From: an uncultured Rhodothermales bacterium
GTDB taxonomy: Bacteria > Bacteroidota > Rhodothermia > Rhodothermales > CAYLXM01
Reading direction: 5' to 3'
Assembly: GCA_964387555.1 (NCBI GenBank)
Contig: CAYLXM010000014.1
Span: 8,901 to 72,900 of the forward strand
Length of the DNA: 64,000 nucleotides
Shown here one piece after another: positions 1 through 7,977 of the stretch. Each line of letters begins with the position of its first letter. Position 1 is the first letter of the stretch. The translations under genes and the position numbers were made by a program. The notes under the pieces were generated by a model. That model was not told the origin of the DNA. It made no database searches and saw only the letters and a program-made list of their open reading frames with translations.

Positions 1-229
1 CGGGCGCCACGTAGAGTCCCGAGGCATCGAATACCTCCTTCGCGCGCGCGGCGTCGATAGACGGCTCCACCGCGGCGACAATCGTGCCTGAAAGGGCGAC
101 GTCCATCTTCCGATCGATCCCGTTACGCGGGTCGATGACGTGTCCGCCTTTGATGAGGAAATCGAATTCCTGCGCGGAAACAGATCCGCCAAGAAGAACA
201 AGAAGCAGAATCCAGATCGTCTTTCTCAT
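1..229 (-). CDS. amidohydrolase-family protein, N-terminal fragment (gene runs off the left edge of the window)
   Basis: My own minus-strand translation from the ATG at 229-227 gives MRKTIWILLLVLLGGSVSAQEFDFLIKGGHVIDPRNGIDRKMDVALSG... This is a Sec signal peptide followed by the IKGG.V.DP opening typical of metal-dependent amidohydrolases/D-aminoacylases. No stop occurs before position 1. The ORF is absent from the track because it has no in-window stop. Confidence 0.6.
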   Translation of the reverse strand, partial: MRKTIWILLLVLLGGSVSAQEFDFLIKGGHVIDPRNGIDRKMDVALSGTIVAAVEPSIDAARAKEVFDASGLYVAP

Positions 230-242
230 GATTCCAGGTTTG

Positions 243-1451
243 TCAGGCGGCTGCGGCCGCCAGGATGTCGCGAAGCCGCTCGGCAACGATACGCTCCTCG
301 CCGGGACGCATCATCCAGGTGGTTATGTTTACGGTGCGGTCGCCGCCCTTCACTTCGATAGACGGATGTCCGCTGCGCAGGGCCTCGCGCACGTCCGGCG
401 CCGAAATCCGAACCCGTGATTCATCCCACGTAATGTCGAGGGAGGGAACGTGGTTGGCAATCTCCGGGACGAAGTGTTGGGATGCTACGCCCGGAACGCT
501 TTCCGCCGCATCCCCGATGAGCCGGGTCTGCCGCTCCCACAGGGCCCACTCGGCCTCATGGTCGTTCGCCAGATAGGCTTCGACCGCCGCCAGCATGCCG
601 ACGACCTCCTCTTTGTTCACCTTCATCCCCCTTCCAACGGTGTTGCCGCGGGGAGCGGCGTGGATGCGGGCAGCAGCGATGAGATCCTTTCGACCCAGCA
701 GCAGACCGGCGCTCTGGGGACCCCGAAGCCCTTTGCCGCCCGAAAAGCAGACGAGGTCGAATCCCATCTCGGTGTACTTCCAAAGATTCTCGACGGGAGG
801 TACATCCGCGGCGCAATCGTTGAACGTTGGAATGCCGTGCTTCCTGCCGATCTCGACGAATTCCTCATCCTTCACCGCGCCCTCATTGTTGGCAAAGTTG
901 ATGAAGAGCAACATGGCGGTCTTTTCGCTGATCGCGCGGAGCAGTTCGTCCCGCGTCTCAACGTACACCATCCGCACACCGGTATTGCGAATCGCATGGG
1001 TGTATCCGACATCATGGGACTTCTGGATGATGACTTCGCTTTTCATGCCGGTCACATCCGGGAGTTGGACTGCCTTGTTCTCATCCATCCCGGTCAGAAC
1101 GCCGGCTGTACCCAGTGTCATCGCCGAAGCGGCGCCCGAAGTCACGGTGGCGGCCTCGCAGCGGAGCAGTCGGGCGAGGCGGGCACCCACTGCATTCTGG
1201 ATTTCGTCCAGGTCCACATACTGGAGCGAGGCGTATTGGATTGCCTGAACGACCTCCTCTCGCATGAGAGAGCCGGTGAGTGCGGTGAACGTTCCGGCCG
1301 CATTGATGAACGTCCGGACGCCCAGTTCCTTGTAGAAATCGCGGTATCCGCCTGCAACCGCCGCTGCGCCGAGCGCCTGGTCGCGACCGAGCCAGGTTCC
1401 GACGAAGGGGAGGGAGGCCAGGGACCGCAGTAGCGTGCGTCGTGTAAGCAT
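243..1451 (-). CDS. SelA/DgaE-like fold-type I PLP-dependent enzyme with a twin-arginine signal peptide
   Basis: 402-aa ORF. The N-terminus MLTRRTLLRSLASLPFVG carries a Tat-type RR motif. FSGGKGLRGPQSAGLLLGRKDLI matches the SelA-family PLP-lysine region (FSGDKLLGGPQ.G). There is no SelA N-terminal tRNA-binding extension. Confidence 0.8.
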   Translation of the reverse strand: MLTRRTLLRSLASLPFVGTWLGRDQALGAAAVAGGYRDFYKELGVRTFINAAGTFTALTGSLMREEVVQAIQYASLQYVDLDEIQNAVGARLARLLRCEAATVTSGAASAMTLGTAGVLTGMDENKAVQLPDVTGMKSEVIIQKSHDVGYTHAIRNTGVRMVYVETRDELLRAISEKTAMLLFINFANNEGAVKDEEFVEIGRKHGIPTFNDCAADVPPVENLWKYTEMGFDLVCFSGGKGLRGPQSAGLLLGRKDLIAAARIHAAPRGNTVGRGMKVNKEEVVGMLAAVEAYLANDHEAEWALWERQTRLIGDAAESVPGVASQHFVPEIANHVPSLDITWDESRVRISAPDVREALRSGHPSIEVKGGDRTVNITTWMMRPGEERIVAERLRDILAAAAA

Positions 1452-1462
1452 GATGCGTGGGT

Positions 1463-1939
1463 TCAGTCGACTGCCGCAATGCAGTCCATTTCGACGAGGG
1501 AATCTCCGGGGATGCCGCCGTAACAGGCGACCGTCGTACGCACGGGTGGATTCGGACCGAACCGGCCGCGGAAGACCTCGTTCATGGCCCGGTAATCGGC
1601 GAGATCGGCGAGGTACACGTTGACCTTCAGGACGCGCTCCATCGAAGACCCGTTGCGCTCGAGTTCCTTTTGGAGTTCGTTGAGGACGTGGTCCGTGTGC
1701 GCCTTGATGTCGCCTTCGAAATGGGCGCCTTTGCCCGCGACGAACAATAGATTGCCGTGTTTGACCGCGCCGGAGAAGAGGGGAATCTCCTGGTCGGTCA
1801 CAATGTCGCCGACCACCTCTTTGCCCGAGTTCGATCGGCCGGCCGCTGCCGCCGTGGCGCCCCCGCCGATACCGAGTGCCGCCAGGGCGGATCCGATTCG
1901 CTTGACAAAGGTGCGCCTGTCTTTAGGTGTATGGTCCAT
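1463..1939 (-). CDS. RidA/YjgF-family reactive-intermediate deaminase with a twin-arginine signal peptide
   Basis: The ORF 1463..2206 was trimmed to the internal ATG at 1939, giving MDHTPKDRRTFVKRIGSALAALGIGGGATAAAAG, which has the near-consensus Tat motif RRTFVK. The C-terminal part (LFVAGKG...VKVNVYLADLADYRAMNEVF...RTTV) is typical RidA. Confidence 0.8.
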   Translation of the reverse strand: MDHTPKDRRTFVKRIGSALAALGIGGGATAAAAGRSNSGKEVVGDIVTDQEIPLFSGAVKHGNLLFVAGKGAHFEGDIKAHTDHVLNELQKELERNGSSMERVLKVNVYLADLADYRAMNEVFRGRFGPNPPVRTTVACYGGIPGDSLVEMDCIAAVD

Positions 1940-2209
1940 GGTGACAGTCTGGTTGGGGTGGAACTCGAAAACGGGCGTCAGAGGCGTCACAATCGGCCTC
2001 GAGGTCGAGGTCACCTCTGCAGCCCATGGAATGTAGCCCAAAAGAAGGGTCCCGATACACTTTGGCAAGCCCGACCGATTGGTTTCGCTAACGCGAGGGC
2101 GATTTTCCCGTGCCGTCTGGACGGGGCTGTACGCGATTGTGGACATTTGACGAATTGAACGCTGGACATTCCTCTTCTTCGCAGACGAGCCACATTTTTT
2201 CTTCAATCC

Positions 2210-2241
2210 TTTGCGAAATCTTGGCGCGTAATCTACATTTG
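2210..2241 (+). promoter_or_regulatory. candidate Bacteroidota-type promoter of subtilase 1 (-33 TTTG / -7 TACATTTG)
   Basis: TTTG lies at 2210-2213 and TAcaTTTG at 2234-2241, separated by a 20-nt spacer. The 13-nt string tttgcgaaatctt is identical to the one at 4213-4225 upstream of subtilase 2. Confidence 0.45.
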
Positions 2242-2757
2242 AAGATCGAAAGGCATGCGTTCAAGCCGCGCCGGTGGCGTTCGTAATGAGGCTGAAGACG
2301 TTGAACAGGGCGTGGAACGGGTGCATGCCTGTTTGAGATCATCAGAGTGTATTCTTGCGCTACAGATACGTGGCGTTGATGGAGGTCATGATTGCCACGG
2401 GGCCGTTTCTGGCGTCGTTTCTGAAAAGGAGGTCAGGCAGGTGAGGCTCAGGCGGGTAGGGGTTTGGTGCTGAAATACGTCCTGGGGCGAGCCTGGAATG
2501 TTGGACGGACTCTGGCGGGGAGATTGCAGTCGATTCGGTCCTACAGAGACGCCAATGACAAAATTTGGAGCATGTGAGAATTTGGCCTGATGTTTGATCT
2601 GCATCTCATCGAAGTGTTCGGCCGAACGTTCACGTTGAGTACACATCACACCATTATGTAATCCAATTGTCTCAGACAGGAGGCGAGCGCGTCATTCAAC
2701 ACAATGCTAATCCGCGGTACCTTTTTCACCCCAACACCAAACCCAACCAACACAACA

Positions 2758-4071
2758 ATGAAGACGTTGAAACTCACAGCCGCCGTCATGGCGGTATCCC
2801 TCATCTGGTCCGTATCACTGCTGGCCCAGGGGGACAAGGAACTTCCGGAAGTCGCACAGCAGGGCAAGCCCGATTTTTCGGCAGAGGAAGTGGTGGCGCC
2901 GGCCGGGACGGAGAAGCAGGAGAAGGTCATTCCGAACTCCTATATCGTTATCCTCAAGGCTGACAAGCATCCGCCCTTCCTGAACGGAAACAAGACGTTC
3001 GCGAATCGCGAAGAGCAGGCGGCCGAAGCCAAGAAGTACGAAGAGCGGGAAGCCAGAAAGATCAAGACGCTCGCTCGGGCAAAGTACAAGGTGGAAGAAT
3101 CCGCCATTCAGCACATCTTCACGAGCGGTTTCTCCGGATTCGTGGCCAACATCCCGGACGGCGAAGCCAAAGGCTTCATGGCCGGTGCGAAATCCGATGC
3201 CGACGTGGAGTCGTTCATCCAGGACTTCGAGGTGTTCGCCGATGCCACCCTGGAAGAGGTGATTCCGGCCGAAGAAATGCTGGCGCAGACCGTGCCGTGG
3301 GGCGTCGGTTTCACCGGCTGGGGCAATCAGTCCGTCGGAACCCGCTGGGCGTGGATCCTCGACACCGGAATCGACCTCGATCACCCGGATCTGAACGTCC
3401 AGACCAGCTCCACCTATGCCCGCTCGTTCATCTCAGGCCAGGGCGTCGATGATGGACACGGCCACGGCACGCATGTCGCCGGCACGGTCGGTGCCCGGAA
3501 CAACACCATCGGCGTTGTGGGCGTTGCTGCAAATACCTCGGTGATACCGGTGAAAGTCCTCTCGAACACGGGCAGTGGCTCATGGTCGGGTGTTCTTGCC
3601 GGTATCAACCACGTGTACTACTACCTCTGGGCCGGGGACGTGTTGAACCTCAGCCTCGGCGGAGCGGCTTCGTCCAGCTGGGACATTGAAAACAAGCTGG
3701 TTGCGGCTGGCCTGAAAGGGGCACACGTCGTGCTCGCCGCCGGCAATGAAAACGTACATGCCTCAACCAGGACGCCCGCTCGGGCCAACGGGATCAGGGT
3801 GTACACCATCTCGGCCATGGACAGCTACTGCCGGATCGCCAGCTTCTCGAACTACGGCAACCCGCCGGTCGACTTCACCGCTCCCGGTGTGTCGATTCTC
3901 TCGACGTACAAGGGCGGAGGATATGCCACGATGAGCGGCACGTCGATGGCGGCTCCGCACGTCGCGGGCCTCCTCTCCCTGACGGGTGGCGCGGTGCGCA
4001 GCCTCGGCTGCTGCTCCGGCGCGCTCTGCACGGACAAGGACGCCAGCAAGGACAAGGTCGCCAGAAGGTAA
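2758..4071 (+). CDS. secreted subtilisin-like serine protease (peptidase S8) with I9-type propeptide, paralog 1
   Basis: The ORF 2704..4071 was trimmed to the ATG at 2758, giving the signal peptide MKTLKLTAAVMAVSLIWSVSLLA|QGDKEL. The prodomain runs SYIVILKADKHP...FSGFVANI...FIQDFEV. The mature start AQTVPWGV resembles the subtilisin AQSVPYG. The triad motifs are ILDTGIDLDHPDL (Asp), HGHGTHVAGT (His) and SGTSMAAPHVAG (Ser), with the oxyanion Asn in AAGNEN. Confidence 0.92.
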   Translation: MKTLKLTAAVMAVSLIWSVSLLAQGDKELPEVAQQGKPDFSAEEVVAPAGTEKQEKVIPNSYIVILKADKHPPFLNGNKTFANREEQAAEAKKYEEREARKIKTLARAKYKVEESAIQHIFTSGFSGFVANIPDGEAKGFMAGAKSDADVESFIQDFEVFADATLEEVIPAEEMLAQTVPWGVGFTGWGNQSVGTRWAWILDTGIDLDHPDLNVQTSSTYARSFISGQGVDDGHGHGTHVAGTVGARNNTIGVVGVAANTSVIPVKVLSNTGSGSWSGVLAGINHVYYYLWAGDVLNLSLGGAASSSWDIENKLVAAGLKGAHVVLAAGNENVHASTRTPARANGIRVYTISAMDSYCRIASFSNYGNPPVDFTAPGVSILSTYKGGGYATMSGTSMAAPHVAGLLSLTGGAVRSLGCCSGALCTDKDASKDKVARR

Positions 4072-4104
4072 CCGAACCTCGGAAACGCGTCCCCTGCGTT
4101 TGAA

Positions 4105-4150
4105 GGTCTCCCCCCGTCCGGTTTGCCGGACGGGGGGAGACCTTTTTCTT
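4105..4150 (+). terminator. rho-independent terminator after subtilase 1
   Basis: A perfect 17-bp stem ggtctccccccgtccgg / ccggacggggggagacc encloses the loop tttg and is followed by tttttcttt. Confidence 0.85.
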
Positions 4151-4212
4151 TGCTCCCCGCCCACGTACACCCCCAAAGATGCACCGATCCGGAGATTTTT
4201 TCAGTCAATACT

Positions 4213-4244
4213 TTTGCGAAATCTTCAAGGATCATTTACATTAT
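4213..4244 (+). promoter_or_regulatory. candidate Bacteroidota-type promoter of subtilase 2
   Basis: TTTG lies at 4213-4216 and TAcaTTat at 4237-4244, with the same 20-nt spacer as at 2210-2241. The flanks are paralogous to the subtilase 1 promoter. Confidence 0.4.
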
Positions 4245-4737
4245 TTAATACATTGCATCCTGGAAGACAAGGTGAGCGATCCCTCGGGGAGGCAAACTGA
4301 GGGGTCCCCCTGCGACCAGTGGCAACGCATCGTTCTGTCTCGTTTCACGGGACCGATCCTGACGGTCCGCAACCCATCGGTTATTCAGGAAGTCTGTGGA
4401 GGAAGACTCATGAGGTTCGACCGGGACGGTATTCGGGCGTTCAGGGAGGAATTGATCAACGTGTCGTGAAGGGTAGTTTTGGGGCTGGGAGGTATGCAGC
4501 CCTGAGGGAGCGAGAGACCACACGGTCTTGAAGAAGGCGGTGGTCATGGTGCGGAGGGAGCGTGCGGTTGGAGGAGGGCCCGGGGGAAGTGGATGTTTCC
4601 GGTTGGCAGTGTGATTGAGTGCTTGCTTCGACACAACCGATCGTTGCTTCCGGCCGGTTGACCAGAATGACGCAATCGATTTCACCAGGTGGTTTGTGTC
4701 ATTCACATCATTCACATCCAATCCCAACCGTACTGCG

Positions 4738-6063
4738 ATGAAAGCATTGAAATCGATAACAGCCGCGATAGCAGTGTCACTGCTTTGGTCCCTCTCACTC
4801 TTCGCTCAGGGGGACAAGGAACTGCCCGAGAAGGCAGCGGAAGGCAAACCGGACTTCGCCGTCGAACAGGTTGCCGCACCGTCGGGCCAGACAAAAGAGG
4901 CGAAGCCCGTTCCGAACTCCTACATCGTCATCCTCAAGGAAGACAAACATCCGTCCTTCCTGAATGCCAACAAGGCCAAGAAATTCTCAACCCGTGAGGA
5001 GCAGGCGGCTGAGGCCAAGAAATGGGAGGAAAAGGAGGAACGAAAGATCAAGACACTGGCTCGTGCCAAGTACAAGGTCGCGGAGTCGGATATTCAACAG
5101 ATCTATACGGCCGGCTTTACCGGCTTTGCGGCCAACATTCCCGATGGCGACGCGAAGGGATTCATGGCGGCAGCAAAAACGGACGCGGATATCGACGAGT
5201 TCTTCCAGGACTTCGAGACCACGGTCGACGCCGTGCTCGAACGAGAAGTCCCCGCTGAAGAGCTCCTCGCGCAGACCGTGCCCTGGGGCGTCGGCTTCAC
5301 CGGATGGGGCAACCAGACCGTCGGATCACGGTTTGCCTTTGTGCTCGATACCGGTATCGATCTGTCGCACCCGGACCTCAGGGTCATGACGACGTACGGC
5401 GGCTTCTCCTGGGCGAGGTCGTTCATCTCGGGACAGAGTTATGCCGACGGACACGGACATGGAACGCACGTCGCGGGGACGATCGCCGCAAGAAACAACT
5501 CGATCGGGGTCGTCGGCGTGGCGGCGAATACGTACGTGGTGCCCGTCAAGGTGTGCACCAACACGGGCTCCTGCCCCTGGTCGTCCGTGCTTGCCGGGGT
5601 GAACCACGTATATACGTACGGATGGCCGCAGGACGTCATGAACCTGAGCCTCGGCGGGGCGGGAACGTATGGCACCCTGGAGAGCAAACTGGGGGCGGCC
5701 GGCTGGAGAGGCATCTACGTCAGTCTCGCCGCGGGGAACAGCAACATGCACGCGGGCGGATATACGCCCGCGCGGGCCAACGGCGTAAACGTCTATACGG
5801 TATCCGCCATGGACAGCTACTGCAGGATCGCCGGATTCTCGAACTACGGCAATCCGCCTGTCGATCGCACGGCGCCGGGCGTGAGCATTCTCTCCACCTA
5901 CAAAGGGGGCGGTTATGCCTATATGAGCGGCACATCAATGGCCGCACCCCACGTTGCCGGTTTGCTCGTGCTGACCGGGGGGAGCATGCGGAGCTTCGGC
6001 TGCTGCAGCGGCCGACTGTGCACGGACAAGGACACATCGAAGGACCTCGTTGCGCGAAAATAG
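4738..6063 (+). CDS. secreted subtilisin-like serine protease (S8) with I9-type propeptide, paralog 2
   Basis: The ORF 4615..6063 was trimmed to the ATG at 4738, giving MKALKSITAAIAVSLLWSLSLFA|QGDKEL. It is collinear with paralog 1 over its full length. Motifs are VLDTGIDLSHPDL, HGHGTHVAGT and SGTSMAAPHVAG. Confidence 0.92.
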   Translation: MKALKSITAAIAVSLLWSLSLFAQGDKELPEKAAEGKPDFAVEQVAAPSGQTKEAKPVPNSYIVILKEDKHPSFLNANKAKKFSTREEQAAEAKKWEEKEERKIKTLARAKYKVAESDIQQIYTAGFTGFAANIPDGDAKGFMAAAKTDADIDEFFQDFETTVDAVLEREVPAEELLAQTVPWGVGFTGWGNQTVGSRFAFVLDTGIDLSHPDLRVMTTYGGFSWARSFISGQSYADGHGHGTHVAGTIAARNNSIGVVGVAANTYVVPVKVCTNTGSCPWSSVLAGVNHVYTYGWPQDVMNLSLGGAGTYGTLESKLGAAGWRGIYVSLAAGNSNMHAGGYTPARANGVNVYTVSAMDSYCRIAGFSNYGNPPVDRTAPGVSILSTYKGGGYAYMSGTSMAAPHVAGLLVLTGGSMRSFGCCSGRLCTDKDTSKDLVARK

Positions 6064-6095
6064 CGCACGGTGAACGCTACGTCATCGGAGATCAC

Positions 6096-6145
6096 GCGGT
6101 CTCCCTCGCCCAGGCAACTCGGCGGGGGAGACCGCAACATTTTTG
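6096..6145 (+). terminator. rho-independent terminator after subtilase 2
   Basis: The stem gcggtctccctcgcc / ggcgggggagaccgc has one mismatch, encloses a 10-nt loop, and is followed by aacattttt. Confidence 0.7.
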
Positions 6146-6260
6146 GCACCTGCAATCGCCTGGAGCAGCACGTGCCGTGCGGTGGAAGATCAGTTCTTCC
6201 CTCTCCCTCTTGACAAGTCACGCTGCCACCAGCCATCTCACCAAAACACCGCGTCACCCA

Positions 6261-6292
6261 ATTGCACTTCTTCAAGTCTTCATGTACCTTGA
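6261..6292 (+). promoter_or_regulatory. candidate promoter of subtilase 3 (degenerate paralog of the two upstream promoters)
   Basis: aTTGCa lies at 6261-6266 and TAccTTGa at 6285-6292, again with a 20-nt spacer. cttcaag and taccttgaag echo the P2 and P1 sequences respectively. Confidence 0.35.
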
Positions 6293-6473
6293 AGCACACA
6301 CCGGATGGAGTGGTACGCTTCTGGAGGCCCTGGCAGAAGCGATGTGGTCCCAAAGGGACATTTGCGGTATTCGTGGAGCCGATCAGGCCGCGCAAAGAAC
6401 GAGGTGGCACGACCTGTTCACCGCTATTCGACGCGGCGCGCCGATTTTTCGCACCTCTTAAACTCAGGTAGCT

Positions 6474-7796
6474 ATGAAACGTCTCATCTGCACGGTCGGG
6501 GCTTTCGCATTCATGTTCTTCGGTGGGGCATCCCTGCATGCCCAGGGGGACAAGGAATTGAAAGAGAAACTCGACCAGGGGAAACCGGACTTTGCGGTGG
6601 AGCAACTGGCCACACCAGCGGGCGCCGCCAAGCAGGAGGCCGTGATACCCAACTCATACGTGGTGATGCTCAAAGCCGACAAGCATCCGCCCTTCCTGAA
6701 GGGCGCCAGAAAATTCTCTTCCAGGGAGGAACAGGCAGCCGAAGCTAAACGGTTTGAGGAGAGGGAAAAGAGGAAGATCCTCACGCTCGCACGGGCCAAG
6801 TACAAGCTGCAAGAGTCGGACGTCCTGGAGGTCTTCACAAGCGGATTTCAGGGCTTTGCCGCAACCATTCCGGACGGCGATGCCCGCGGTTTCATGAATG
6901 CCGCTAAATCTGATGCCGACGTCGAGTCCTTCTTCCAGGACTTTGAAGTCTCCATCGATGCCGTCGTGGAGCGGGAAATCCCCGCCGAAGACCTCCTCGC
7001 GCAGACGATCCCTTGGGGGGTGGCCTTCGTGGGATGGGCGGACGTGCCGGCAGGCCCCAGGATGGCATGGATCCTGGATACAGGTATCGACCTGGATCAC
7101 CCGGATCTGAACGTGGAGACCAATCCAACCTACGCCAAATCCTTCGTCAAGGGCGGCAAACTCGATGACGGCAACGGGCACGGCACGCACGTCGCAGGGA
7201 CCATCGGGGCGAAGAACAACACGATCGGTGTGGTCGGGGTGGCCGCCGGGGCCCGGGTGGTACCCGTCAAGGTGTTGTCAGACCGGGGCTCCGGATCCTG
7301 GTCCGGTATCCTGGCCGGCATCAACCACGTCTACATGTATGCCGTCGCAGGCGACGCGATGAACCTGAGCCTGGGGGGTGTCGGCAGCAATGCGGACGCG
7401 GAGGGCAAACTCGTCGCAGCAGGAGGGAAAGGGATCTTCGTGGCCATCGCCGCCGGCAACAGCAACGCCGACGCGAACAATTACACGCCGGCCCGAGCCA
7501 ACGGTGAGAAGGTCTATACCGTGTCGGCCATGGATTCCTACTGCAAACTCGCGTCGTTTTCGAACTACGGAAACCCGCCGGTCGATTATGCGGCGCCGGG
7601 TGTCGGCATCTTGTCCACGTACCGGCGCGGTGGGTATGCCGAACTGAACGGCACGTCGATGGCGTCGCCCCACATCGCCGGTCTGATGCTCCTCACCGGG
7701 GGAGCCGTCACGAGCTCCGGGTGCTGCGGAGCCGACGGCGCCTTCGTGTGTCAGGACAAGGACGCGGTCCTGGATCGCGTGGCCAGAAAGCCGTAG
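6474..7796 (+). CDS. secreted subtilisin-like serine protease (S8) with I9-type propeptide, paralog 3
   Basis: 440-aa ORF with signal peptide MKRLICTVGAFAFMFFGGASLHA|QGDKEL. It shares the prodomain architecture of the other two paralogs. Motifs are ILDTGIDLDHPDL, NGHGTHVAGT and NGTSMASPHIAG. Confidence 0.92.
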   Translation: MKRLICTVGAFAFMFFGGASLHAQGDKELKEKLDQGKPDFAVEQLATPAGAAKQEAVIPNSYVVMLKADKHPPFLKGARKFSSREEQAAEAKRFEEREKRKILTLARAKYKLQESDVLEVFTSGFQGFAATIPDGDARGFMNAAKSDADVESFFQDFEVSIDAVVEREIPAEDLLAQTIPWGVAFVGWADVPAGPRMAWILDTGIDLDHPDLNVETNPTYAKSFVKGGKLDDGNGHGTHVAGTIGAKNNTIGVVGVAAGARVVPVKVLSDRGSGSWSGILAGINHVYMYAVAGDAMNLSLGGVGSNADAEGKLVAAGGKGIFVAIAAGNSNADANNYTPARANGEKVYTVSAMDSYCKLASFSNYGNPPVDYAAPGVGILSTYRRGGYAELNGTSMASPHIAGLMLLTGGAVTSSGCCGADGAFVCQDKDAVLDRVARKP

Positions 7797-7829
7797 GGTT
7801 TTTCTTCGAAGGGTCTACCAGTTAGACAG

Positions 7830-7877
7830 AGCCCGCCCGCAGGAGACGATCAGACCCGCGGGCGGGATCTCTTTTTT
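7830..7877 (+). terminator. probable rho-independent terminator after subtilase 3
   Basis: The stem cccgcccgc (7832-7840) / gcgggcggg (7858-7866) is followed by atctctttttt. The loop is rather long at 17 nt. Confidence 0.55.
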
Positions 7878-7977
7878 CGCCGATCGGGTACAAAAACGTA
7901 TATGAAAGCGTGCCGGCTGACGCTGCACCGGCGCACGCTTCATCGAAAGACAAGGACTTTTTACTCAGAGGGACACC

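Noticed and set aside
243-1451. The SelA-family protein could be the genuine selenocysteine synthase, completing a Sec-decoding system with selD.
   Set aside because: It has a Tat signal peptide, lacks the SelA N-terminal tRNA-binding domain, and is paired with RidA and an amidohydrolase. The selD in this window is adjacent to selU, so selenium use here is explained by tRNA selenouridine. The selD/selU pair itself looks ordinary.
3990-4071. The Cys-rich C-terminal tails of the subtilases (GCCSG.LCTDKD...VARR) could be a RiPP-like core peptide or a sorting signal.
   Set aside because: The mature domain from AQTVPWG to the end is about the length of a normal subtilisin. The tail is therefore most simply the divergent last helix and strand of the fold, stabilised by disulfides. 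It does not resemble a T9SS CTD, a LPXTG motif or a PEP-CTERM signal. I noted it under the protease-array finding rather than as a separate system.
4179-4727. ORFs inside the subtilase 2 leader (4179..4469 +, 96 aa; 4245..4727 -, 160 aa) could be small regulatory proteins.
   Set aside because: The + ORF starts upstream of the predicted promoter and spans it. Neither has a counterpart in the paralogous leader 1. Their composition looks non-coding.
5304-6461. A 385-aa + strand ORF overlaps the 3' half of subtilase 2 in another frame and runs through its terminator.
   Set aside because: It runs straight across a strong hairpin terminator and the next promoter. Its translation is Arg-rich nonsense. 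The in-frame subtilase signal is unambiguous.
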